A stretch of 64,000 nt of DNA from Terriglobia bacterium. GTDB taxonomy: Bacteria > Acidobacteriota > Terriglobia > 20CM-2-55-15. Where the stretch lies: positions 1,120,001 through 1,184,000 of the forward strand of contig CBDAOY010000008.1 of NCBI GenBank assembly GCA_965198225.1, given 5' to 3'. Below the pieces are notes generated by a model. That model searched no databases and was not told the DNA's origin. It saw nothing but the letters and a program-made list of their open reading frames with translations. This document shows positions 40,001 through 49,349 of the stretch, piece after piece (position 1 is the stretch's first letter; every line of letters begins with the position of its first letter). A program made the translations under genes and the position numbers.

Positions 40001-42911
40001 AACCCCGACTCCGCCACGACCGAGGAGGACCGGCCGGTGACTGTGGACATCCTCGCGAACGATTCCGATCCTGACGGCGACCCGCTGGACGTCGATCAAT
40101 GCAACAACCCGCCGAACGGGCGGATCGTCATCAACGTCGACGACAGCATTACCTACATTCCGAACCCCGACTTCAACGGTGACGACGCCGCCGACTGCAT
40201 GATCAACGACGGCCAGGGTGGTACGGCCACTTCTCGCGTCACCTTCACCGTCAGACCCGTCAACGATCCCCCGGTAGGCGTGGATGACAGCTACACCGTC
40301 GATGAAGACCAGGTGTTGACCGTGCTGGCTCCAGGCGTCCTGGCCAACGACACCGATGTAGAAGGGGATCCTCTAAAGGCAATTCTTGTGACAGACGTCG
40401 CAGACGGTTCGCTCGCGCTGAATGCCGACGGGTCGTTCACCTACAAGCCGAATTCCGACTTCAACGGATCCGACGGCTTCACCTATGTCCCCAACGACGG
40501 GACCGTCGACGGGAACATCACCGCGGTCACGATTCGCGTCAATCCGGTCAACGATCCTCCGGTCGCAACCGATGACAACGCTTCCACATCAGAGGACACG
40601 TCCGTTACGATCGACGTCCTCGCGAACGACAGCGATCCCGATGGCGATGGCCTGAACATCACTTTGGTCTCGAATCCAGCTAACGGTGACGCCACGATCC
40701 AGGGAACCGGCATCGCTTACTCGCCGGATCCCGATTTCAACGGACCTGACACCTTCAGCTACACCATCAGCGACGGTCAGACATTAGCTACCGCTACGGT
40801 CGACGTCGACGTAACAGCCCTCAACGACGCTCCCGTTGCAGCCGCCGACGCGTACTCGGTGAATGAGGATCAGATTCTGACCATTCCCGCTCCTGGCGTG
40901 CTCGGCAACGACTCCGATGTCGACGGTGATGCGCTGATCGCAAAACTCGGTCCAGATCCTCCTCCCTGGATAGCCTTGAACGCTAACGGGTCTTTTACGT
41001 ATACACCGGAGAACAACTTCAACGGCGTCAGGACCTTCACTTACGTCGCAAGCGACAGCACGGTCGACAGTAACATCGCCACCGTTACGATCACGGTCAA
41101 CCCGGTCAACGATCCGCCGATCGCCGGTGACGACACGGCAACCACTACGGAAGGAACGTCCGTTGTCATCAATGTCCTCGGCAACGACTCGGATGTCGAT
41201 GGTGACACCTTGAACGTTACCGCCGTCACGGATCCTCCGTCCGGGGATGCAACAATCAACACGGACCGCACGGTGACGTACAACCCCGACTCCGGATTCA
41301 CGGGCACCGATGCCTTCTCTTACACAGCCAGCGACAGCACCGGTCTCACCGCAACGGCCAACGTCACGGTCACCGTGAACACTGGTGGGATCGAGGTGTC
41401 GATCGACATCCGGCCCGGAAACCCGAACAACCGGATCAATCTCCAGTCCAACGGGTTGTTACCTGTCGCAATCTTCAGCACCCCCGAGTTCGACGCGACC
41501 ACGATCGATCCCGCGACGGTGACCCTGGCAGGAGCGGCCATTCGAGTCCTGAGAAACGGCAGACACCTCGTGGCACGGGTCGACCGCAACAGGGACGGTA
41601 TCCGCGATCTGCTCGCTTTCTTCCCGATATCGGAGCTCGAGTTGACGGTCCAGGATCAGACTGCAGTCCTGAGGGGTCGGACTGTCGACGGAACACGAAT
41701 CCGTGGTGAAGACTCCGTCCAGGTTTCTGACCGACAGGTTCGTCTCAGGAACAACGTCGTCTGGCCTTCGCCGCTGTACTCCACCCTGCAGGATGCGGTC
41801 GACGCTGTCCGGGATGGTGGCACGGTCCGGGTGCTAGCCGGTCGTCATGAAATCAATGAGCCCACCATTCTTGAAAGAGACGTGACGATTCGGGGAGGCG
41901 GCTGCGGCGAATGCCAGAAGCCTCGCAGCGCCGGTCGACCCAGAGGGCGAAGCACGGAGCTGGTCGGACCGACACCGACTACCGTCGTTGAAGCCGATCT
42001 TGCAATCGGCATGTTCACTTATGCAGGCGGCGGAGGCGGCGGGGGGGGGTATTGTCGGACGCGGGGGCGGGGGTGGCAAGATCAGAGACATCGCTCTGCA
42101 TGGCTTCGACGCCAGCATCGTCAGCATCACCACGAGCCGCCCGCTATCGGTCGAAAACGTCCTGATGGCGGACACAACGCGCGGCATATTGTGGATGGCT
42201 CCAGCCCCGCTTTCCGTCGATCAAGTGACGGTGAAAGGCGTTCTATGGAATGGCATCTCCCTCGTCGGCGACGGGGAGTTTGACGCTCCGTACCATCTGA
42301 GCAATACCGTCATGGAGGAAATCACGAACATCGGAATCCTCATCGTCGACAAGCCCGGAACCTGCAACTCGGATCACACGGTGACGAAACAAGACATACG
42401 TCAGACTTCGGGCGGTGGACTTGTGGTCATACGAAGCGGCGTGTGTGTTTTCGATTCGTTCTTCCTGGCCAACGCCTACTCCGGCATCCGCGCAATCGAC
42501 TCCGCGGTCTTTGTCCAGAATACTCTGGTCGCCGGCACGATTCCCCGCTCCGACGGCGGATACGGCGACGGCATCCTCGTCGCGAGTTCCGAAACACCTG
42601 GATCCGACGTCACTCTAGTCAACGCCACGCTTCAGACCAACAGCCGGACCGGCCTGTCCAACTTCGGCAGCAAGGTGACGATCGAGGAAGCGGACTTCGT
42701 CTGCAACATCGGATTCGACATGCACGCTGAATCCCAATATCCCATCAGCTTCACCGGACAACCGGGAGACACGGAGTTGAACATACCGTTCGACTTCGAT
42801 TTTCCGGATGAGGACAAGGTCACCTGCGGCTGCGGTGGCCAGGAACATGAGTGCAGTGTGATAAGTAGCGTGGGAGCACTACCGGCGATCGGGGGCGATG
42901 AGGAACCTTAA
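34097..42911 (+). CDS. Giant secreted/surface protein: SBBP beta-propeller repeats, 18 tandem-95/cadherin-like repeats and a C-terminal beta-helix; frameshift at the G-run near 42041
   Basis: Signal peptide, AFEPNQGQ N-domain, AVDSSG.AYVTG.T.S.DFP repeats, 18 [VT]ND.P...ED repeats, a DIRPG..N.IN domain and a YSTLQDAVDA beta-helix cap. The helix continues in the 41988-42911 frame. Confidence 0.85.
36263..41380 (+). repeat. Array of 18 ~95-aa acidic Ig/cadherin-like coding repeats
   Basis: Counted from the translation. Units 7 and 9, and units 10-11 and 12-13, are near-identical at DNA level. Confidence 0.85.
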
Positions 42912-42920
42912 ACCAGGACG

Positions 42921-42974
42921 ACCAGGAGGCTCGGAGAATAGAATTCTCTCCGTGCCTCCGCGCCTCCGTGGTTA
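42921..42974. repeat. Fold-back built from 9-bp CTCCGTG(C/T)C units
   Basis: GGAGGCTCGGAG ... CTCCGTGCCTCCGCGCCTCCGTGGTT between convergent genes. Confidence 0.65.
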
Positions 42975-42992
42975 AAACCGGTTCTGGTCGGT

Positions 42993-43421
42993 TTAGTTGT
43001 GCGTGCCCAGCACGTTATGGGCCCCATGAATCAAAACGATCTGCCAGTCGTCGCCCATTTTTCTGAAAACGGCGCTGCCTAGACCTTCGATCACCGCTTC
43101 GCCACCCACTTCGATCGCGTAGTTGAAATGGGACCAGGCGGCGTCGGCCGAGGTAAAGACCTTGACGTTCCGGGTCACGATTTTCTGCCCCTCGACCATG
43201 AGCCGGCGGGTGATGAAGCCGGCGACGCGCTCCTTGCCTGCGATCGCATGCCCGTCTTCGTCGAGCCACACTGCTTCGGCGGCAAGATGCTTCTCGAAAT
43301 AAGCGGCATCCTGGTTGTTGAACGCCTTGATCGCATCATCGACCAGCGCGGTATCCTGGGCGTACGCCGCAGATACTCCCATCAACAAAATCAAGACAAA
43401 CAGAAACGCAAACTTCTTCAC
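42993..43421 (-). CDS. Secreted NTF2/SnoaL-like (DUF4440) protein
   Basis: Signal peptide, then AFNNQDA..., GKE.V, and C-terminal VFRK.GDDWQIV..H. Confidence 0.75.
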   Translation of the reverse strand: MKKFAFLFVLILLMGVSAAYAQDTALVDDAIKAFNNQDAAYFEKHLAAEAVWLDEDGHAIAGKERVAGFITRRLMVEGQKIVTRNVKVFTSADAAWSHFNYAIEVGGEAVIEGLGSAVFRKMGDDWQIVLIHGAHNVLGTHN

Positions 43422-43533
43422 GATTGAACTCCTTTTTAAACAGTTGAAATGCTCGCCCAGACGGGCAAAAACGGAAAATAAGCCTATATATCATGCACTT
43501 ATCGATCACTTTTGGGAAGAATATCATTCCCCC

Positions 43534-43562
43534 TTGACTACCGAACATTTGTTCGGTATAAC
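43534..43562 (+). promoter_or_regulatory. Sigma70 promoter with a LexA (SOS) box in the spacer
   Basis: TTGACT-17 bp-TATAAC. The palindrome TACCGAACATTTGTTCGGTA (GAAC-N4-GTTC) lies at 43539-43558, directly before imuA. Confidence 0.85.
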
Positions 43563-43568
43563 ACTCCA

Positions 43569-44351
43569 ATGCGTTCCGCGACGATTCGGGCCAAACTGGA
43601 GCTGGCACTGGCGGAAAGGAACCCTGCGCCGTTCAATCCGCCCCGGATTCCACGCCCGGAAACCGTTCCCACAGGCCTCGCTGAGATCGACCGGCTGACC
43701 GGGGGCATTCCCCGCGGCCGGATCACTGAAATCTTCGGGCCGGCCTCGTCGGGACGCACCAGCCTGCTTCTTTCGCTGTTCAGCCAGATAACAGGAAAAA
43801 ACGAAGAGTTCTGCTGCCTCGTGGACCCTGGCAATGCGTTCGATCCGGCTTCCGCGGATGCTGCCGGCGTCGATCTGGCAAGGCTGCTCTGGATCCGGGC
43901 CGAACCCGACATCGATCCGGTGCTCAAAACCACGGATCTGCTGCTTCAGGGAGGCGGGTTCGGGCTGATCGGCGTCGATTTCAGCGACGTCCAGCCACGA
44001 GACATCCACCGCATTCCCCTCTCGACCTGGTTTCGCCTTCAACGGGCTGCGGAAAATACCCCCACAATCCTCCTGTTCCTCGGCCAGGAATCATCGATCA
44101 AAACGTGTGCTTCGCTGGTGGTCCGGCTGGGGTTGTACGGCGCAGAATGGTCTCCGCACCTGTTGTGTGGCATCCATCCAAATGCCGAAATCATCCGGTC
44201 TAGGACAGATCCTGCGGCTGGATGGAGCGGCCGGAGCCAGCGCTGCCGGGTCGAATCGCCGCACTGCCTGCAGGCTGTCGCCGGGAGCCATGCCCCAATC
44301 ATCACCCCTGCACCCATAGGGGATCGGTATCAGAGGAGCTTTCCAGTATGA
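43569..44351 (+). CDS. imuA: RecA-like mutasome accessory protein ImuA
   Basis: TGLAEIDRLTGGIPRGRITEIFGPASSGRT, FDPASA..AGVDL.RLLW. First gene of the cassette. Confidence 0.8.
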   Translation: MRSATIRAKLELALAERNPAPFNPPRIPRPETVPTGLAEIDRLTGGIPRGRITEIFGPASSGRTSLLLSLFSQITGKNEEFCCLVDPGNAFDPASADAAGVDLARLLWIRAEPDIDPVLKTTDLLLQGGGFGLIGVDFSDVQPRDIHRIPLSTWFRLQRAAENTPTILLFLGQESSIKTCASLVVRLGLYGAEWSPHLLCGIHPNAEIIRSRTDPAAGWSGRSQRCRVESPHCLQAVAGSHAPIITPAPIGDRYQRSFPV

Positions 44352-45931
44352 GTACCAACGTTTCACGCATCGTGGATCATCTTGATGCCAGCCGGCCGGG
44401 GCTGCTTTACGGCTGCATCCATGTTCCGGATTCCCCCGTACAGGCTTTCGTACGCAACGAACCCGAGCTGAGGCGACAACAGGTCGCCGTCCTCGACGGC
44501 GCCTTCCCTCTCTTTACCGTGGTTTCAGCAAACCAGTTCGCGCGTCAGGCCGGCGTGGAGATCGGCATGACCAAACTACAGCTCGAGTGCTTTCCGGAGC
44601 TCCGCGTCCGCTACCGATCCCGAAACCAGGAAGACAGCATGCACCACGCTCTGCTGGACTGCGCACACTACTTTTCGCCACGCGTAGAAGACACGGCTCC
44701 CGACACCGTAGCGCTGGACCTGAACGGGTTGTTCAGAGTTTGGGGAACGCCACGAACCATGGCACAGAAACTGTTCCGTGCCGCCGACAAACTGGGAATC
44801 GAGGCACACATCGCGACGGCCAGCAACCCGGACGCAGCGATCCATGCCGCCAAGGGAGGAGCCGGCATCACCGTGATCCCGGCAGGCCAGGAGATGAAAC
44901 GATTGGGGGATCTTCCCCTCCAAGTCCTGTCTCCATCCGGAGAAATCTCCGAAACCCTCGCACGCTGGGGCCTGGAGACGTTCCAGGATCTGACACGACT
45001 CCCGAAGATCCAGGTTTCCGAGCGTCTGGGACAGGAAGGCGTCCACCTGCAGCAACTGGCTCGTGGAGAAACCTCACGTCCGCTGCTCACAAAAAAGGAC
45101 AAGTTACACTTCAGGGAATCGATGGAATTAGAACATTCTATTGACTCTTTAGAGCCATTGACGTTCGTCCTCAGCCGCCTCCTGAACCAGATCTGCCAAC
45201 GCCTGACGGCTCGAAACCTGACAACCAACAAGCTGGATCTCTCACTTTCGTTGGAGTCTGCCAGGGATCAGCCAGACAATTTCGTCCGGACAATTAACCT
45301 CCCGATTCCTATCCGGGATCCCAAAATCCTGCTGAAGTTGTTTCAACTGGATTTAGACGGCCACCGCCCACCGGCACCGATCGAAGCCGTCGCCCTCAAC
45401 GCCGAACCCGTCCAGCCCCGGCGCGTCCAGAACGGTCTGTTCTTCCCTCTGGCCCCCGAACCGGAAAAACTGGAGCTAACCCTGGCACGCATCGGATCGA
45501 TCGTCGGCGGCGACAACGTCGGCTCCCCCGAACTGCTCGACACCCATCGGCCGGACGCATTCCGGATGAAACGTTTTGATGTGACTCGCACCTCAAAGCA
45601 AAAACCGGCCCGACGTCGACCGGATCCCCCTGGAGCGGCGGATGGAACTACCGCTCCTGCCTCGATGGCCCTGCGCGCTTTGCGGCCTCCCATAACCGCT
45701 TCTGTCAAGATGCGCCAGGGCCATCCCTCCCGCGTTCACTTCTCCGGCAGGTCCGGGAAAGTCGTCGCGACGGCCGGCCCGTGGAACTCTTCAGGCCAAT
45801 GGTGGCGCCCCGACCCCTGGAACCGGGAGGAATGGGACGTCGAAGTCCAGAGCGGGCAGCAAAACACGCTCTACCGTATCTACCAGGACAAACGATCAAA
45901 TGACTGGTTCGTAGACGGTATCTACGACTGA
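44348..45931 (+). CDS. imuB: Inactive Y-family polymerase ImuB
   Basis: FSPRVE, LDL.G, QNGLF clamp-like motif, C-terminal GPW..SGQWW..EEWDV..W.VDGIYD. ATGA overlap with imuA. Confidence 0.88.
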   Translation: MSTNVSRIVDHLDASRPGLLYGCIHVPDSPVQAFVRNEPELRRQQVAVLDGAFPLFTVVSANQFARQAGVEIGMTKLQLECFPELRVRYRSRNQEDSMHHALLDCAHYFSPRVEDTAPDTVALDLNGLFRVWGTPRTMAQKLFRAADKLGIEAHIATASNPDAAIHAAKGGAGITVIPAGQEMKRLGDLPLQVLSPSGEISETLARWGLETFQDLTRLPKIQVSERLGQEGVHLQQLARGETSRPLLTKKDKLHFRESMELEHSIDSLEPLTFVLSRLLNQICQRLTARNLTTNKLDLSLSLESARDQPDNFVRTINLPIPIRDPKILLKLFQLDLDGHRPPAPIEAVALNAEPVQPRRVQNGLFFPLAPEPEKLELTLARIGSIVGGDNVGSPELLDTHRPDAFRMKRFDVTRTSKQKPARRRPDPPGAADGTTAPASMALRALRPPITASVKMRQGHPSRVHFSGRSGKVVATAGPWNSSGQWWRPDPWNREEWDVEVQSGQQNTLYRIYQDKRSNDWFVDGIYD

Positions 45932-45981
45932 ACCGCGCAATCTCGCGATCAATCAACATCTCGCAAACCGTAACAAAGATT

Positions 45982-46055
45982 TTTAACCACGGAGGCTCGG
46001 AGGCACAGAGATTTTGATTTTTAGTTCTCCGCGCCTCCGTGTCTCCGTGGTTAAA
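45982..46055. repeat. Fold-back of 9-bp units between imuB and dnaE2
   Basis: TTTAACCACGGAGGCTCGGAGGCACAGAG ... CTCCGCGCCTCCGTGTCTCCGTGGTTAAA. Confidence 0.75.
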
Positions 46056-46075
46056 CCTCTTTCTCTTTGTTCCCG

Positions 46076-49000
46076 ATGTATGTCGAATTGCATGCCGCCT
46101 CCGCATTCAGTTTTCTCCAGGCAGCTTCCCAGCCCGAGGAGCTTGCCCGGATGGCGGCGCGGATGGACATGCCGGCGATGGCGCTCATCGACCGAGACGG
46201 GGTGTTCGGCGCGCCGCGGTTCCACCAGGAGGGCCGGCATCTGGGCATCCGGCCCCACATCGGTTCGGAAATCACCGCCGTCGGGGGGCATCGCTATCCC
46301 CTCTTGATCGCTACTCGGCAGGGTTACCGCAACCTGTGCCGGCTGGTCACGCGTATGAAGATGCGTGCGCGGAAGGGCGAAGGTGTCGCCACGCTGGAAG
46401 AACTGGCCGAACATGCCGCCGGGCTGATCTGCCTGACCGGGGACGAACATGGGCCGCTCACCGCCGCACTCCGCAACGGAGGCATCCCTGTTGCACGCCA
46501 GTGTCTCCGGCAATTGACCGATATATTCGGCCGGCTGAACGTGTACGTCGAGTTGCAACGCCATTTCGACCGCGAGGAGGAAGCCCGCACTCAGGCCGCG
46601 GTCGCGCTCGCTCGCGAGATGCGCCTGCCGATCCTGGCCACCAACGGTGTCCGCCACACCACGCACCGGGAGATCCTGGATGTGTTCACCTGCATCCGAA
46701 ACCATCGGACGCTGGAAACAGCGGGTCGCCTGCTCGCCCAGAACGTCGAACGACGGCTGAAAAGCCCGAAAGAGATGTCTTTGCTGTTCCGGGATCTTCC
46801 CGAAGCAATCGCGCACACCGAAGAGGCTTCCCGACGACTCCAATTCACGCTGAACGACCTCGGCTACGAGTTTCCCAAATACCCCGTTCCCGAAGGCGAA
46901 ACGATGGATTCGTTCCTCCGGAAGCGGACATACGAGGGCGCACGGAACAGGTATCGGCCACTGCACGAGAAGGCCCGGCGCCAGATCGAACGCGAACTGG
47001 CGCTGATCGAAAAACTCGAACTGCCCGGCTACTTCTTAATCGTCTGGGACATCGTCGGGTTCTGCCGCAGGCAGAACATCCTGATCCAGGGGCGCGGATC
47101 GGCCGCCAACAGCGCGGTCTGCTATTCGCTGGGGATCACCGCGGTCGATCCCGTGGGCATGGATCTGCTGTTTGAGCGATTCCTTTCCGAAGAACGCGGG
47201 GAGTGGCCCGACATCGACCTGGATCTGCCGAGCGGCGATGAACGGGAAAAGGCCATTCAGTACGTCTACGAACGTTACGGACAACGTGGCGCCGCCATGA
47301 CGGCCAACGTCATCTCGTATCGGGGTCGTAGCGCTGCCCGCGAGGTCGGCAAAGTCCTCGGTTTCGACACCGAAACCCTGAACCGTCTTTCTAACCTGGT
47401 CGGCCACTGGGAATACAAAGACCCCAAGGAAAACCTGGAGCTGAAATTCCGGACGGCCGGGATGGATGTAAACCATCCGCGTATCCAAAAGTTCATGGAG
47501 CTCTGCTGCGACATGCAGAACCTGCCGCGGCACCTCGGCCAGCATTCCGGCGGCATGGTGATCTGCCGCGGAGAACTGGATTCGGTCGTTCCGTTGGAGC
47601 CGGCGACGATGCCGGGACGATCGGTTGTCCAGTGGGACAAGGACGATTGTGCCAACATGGGCATCATCAAGGTCGACCTGCTGGGTCTGGGCATGCTGGC
47701 TGTGCTGAAGGACTCGATCGAATTGATCCGTGAAGGTTACGGCAAAGAACTCGACCTGGCACACCTGCCCTCCGACGACCCGACAGTCTACCGGACCTTG
47801 CACAAGGCCGACACGGTCGGGATGTTCCAGATCGAAAGCCGCGCGCAGATGTCCTGTCTTCCCCGCTTGAAACCCACCTGTTTTTACGACCTTGTCGTCG
47901 AGGTTGCAATCATCCGGCCCGGTCCGATCGTCGGACAGATGGTGCACCCCTACCTGAACCGCCGGCAGGGACGCGAGCCGGTCACCTATCCTCACCCGTC
48001 GCTCGGGCCTGTACTCCAGCGGACGCTCGGCGTACCGCTCTTTCAGGAGCAACTGTTGCGCGTCGCGATGATCGCCGCGGGATTCAGCGGAGGCGAAGCC
48101 GAAGGACTCCGGCGGGCCTTCGGTTTCAAACGATCCGAGGAAAAGATGGACGACATCGAAGTGAAGCTGCGCCAGGGCATGTCCGAGCGCGGGATCGCTG
48201 GCGAAGCCCAGAACCAGATCGTTCAATCGATTACATCCTTTGCCCTGTACGGGTTTCCCGAGTCTCATGCTGCCAGCTTCGCGTTGATTGCATACGCGAG
48301 CGCCTACCTGAAGTGTCACTACCTGGCGGCTTTTACCGCCGCCATCCTCAACAACCAGCCGATGGGGTTCTACAGCCCCGCGACGCTCGTCAAGGACGCC
48401 CAGCGACACGGGTTGCGCATCAAACCGATTCATGTCGGACGATCCGACTGGTTGTGCACGCTCGAACACCTGAAAGCCGACGAACAGAAATCAAAAACAC
48501 CATGGCCGGACATCGGGGTTCGCCTGGGTCTGAATTACGTTAAAGGACTCCGGGAATTCGCCGGCATGGCTATCGTTCGCGAACGCGCCAGGAGACCGTT
48601 TCGGTCGATCGACGATCTCGCACGCCGCGTCCCGGAATTACAGAAGAAAGAAATGACCCTGCTGGCTGAAGTCGGGGCATTGAACTTCATCAACCCCGAT
48701 CGCCCCCTGAACCGTCGGGACGCTCTCTGGCAGGTCGAACGCGCTTCGCGCCGTGCGGGTCCTCTCCTGGATCCGGTCATTGAACCGGACCGACCATCGC
48801 CGCTAAGACAGATGAGCGATGAAGAGCGCCTTGTTTCCGACTTCCGCGTGTCGGGCGTCACGGTCGGCAAACACCCCATGTCGTTCTGCCGCGACAGGTT
48901 GCACAAGATGGGCGTCCGGCGGGCCATCGACTTGCCCCACCTTACTCACGGGACCTGGGTAAAAACAGCAGGATGTGTCATCGCAAGACAACGCCCGGGT

Positions 49001-49228
49001 ACGGCAAAGGGCTTCGTTTTCCTCAGCCTGGAGGATGAAACAGGAATCGCGAACGCGATCTTCACCCCCGACATGCTGGAGCGGAACCGCGCCGTCATCA
49101 CGACGGAGCGATTCATCCTGATCGAAGGGCATCTCCAGCATCAGGACAATGTCGTCTCCGTGAAGGTCTGGAAAGTCCGGCCAATCTCGATCACCGAAGC
49201 GGAAACCAAATCCCGGAATTTCTACTGA
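46076..49228 (+). CDS. dnaE2: Error-prone DNA polymerase DnaE2 (ImuC)
   Basis: YVELHAASAFSFL PHP start, GRGSAANS, PDIDLD, YGFPESHA, C-terminal SRNFY. Confidence 0.97.
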   Translation: MYVELHAASAFSFLQAASQPEELARMAARMDMPAMALIDRDGVFGAPRFHQEGRHLGIRPHIGSEITAVGGHRYPLLIATRQGYRNLCRLVTRMKMRARKGEGVATLEELAEHAAGLICLTGDEHGPLTAALRNGGIPVARQCLRQLTDIFGRLNVYVELQRHFDREEEARTQAAVALAREMRLPILATNGVRHTTHREILDVFTCIRNHRTLETAGRLLAQNVERRLKSPKEMSLLFRDLPEAIAHTEEASRRLQFTLNDLGYEFPKYPVPEGETMDSFLRKRTYEGARNRYRPLHEKARRQIERELALIEKLELPGYFLIVWDIVGFCRRQNILIQGRGSAANSAVCYSLGITAVDPVGMDLLFERFLSEERGEWPDIDLDLPSGDEREKAIQYVYERYGQRGAAMTANVISYRGRSAAREVGKVLGFDTETLNRLSNLVGHWEYKDPKENLELKFRTAGMDVNHPRIQKFMELCCDMQNLPRHLGQHSGGMVICRGELDSVVPLEPATMPGRSVVQWDKDDCANMGIIKVDLLGLGMLAVLKDSIELIREGYGKELDLAHLPSDDPTVYRTLHKADTVGMFQIESRAQMSCLPRLKPTCFYDLVVEVAIIRPGPIVGQMVHPYLNRRQGREPVTYPHPSLGPVLQRTLGVPLFQEQLLRVAMIAAGFSGGEAEGLRRAFGFKRSEEKMDDIEVKLRQGMSERGIAGEAQNQIVQSITSFALYGFPESHAASFALIAYASAYLKCHYLAAFTAAILNNQPMGFYSPATLVKDAQRHGLRIKPIHVGRSDWLCTLEHLKADEQKSKTPWPDIGVRLGLNYVKGLREFAGMAIVRERARRPFRSIDDLARRVPELQKKEMTLLAEVGALNFINPDRPLNRRDALWQVERASRRAGPLLDPVIEPDRPSPLRQMSDEERLVSDFRVSGVTVGKHPMSFCRDRLHKMGVRRAIDLPHLTHGTWVKTAGCVIARQRPGTAKGFVFLSLEDETGIANAIFTPDMLERNRAVITTERFILIEGHLQHQDNVVSVKVWKVRPISITEAETKSRNFY

Positions 49229-49349
49229 GACCGGTGCCGCGTCACATACCTCAACGCCCGGACTGGGTTATTCTTGGCGGGTGACGGGGTATCGGCGACT
49301 TCAAGTTGTCATTCCCGAACAAGGAAGGCCGGAGCCGGGCCAGACTCTG

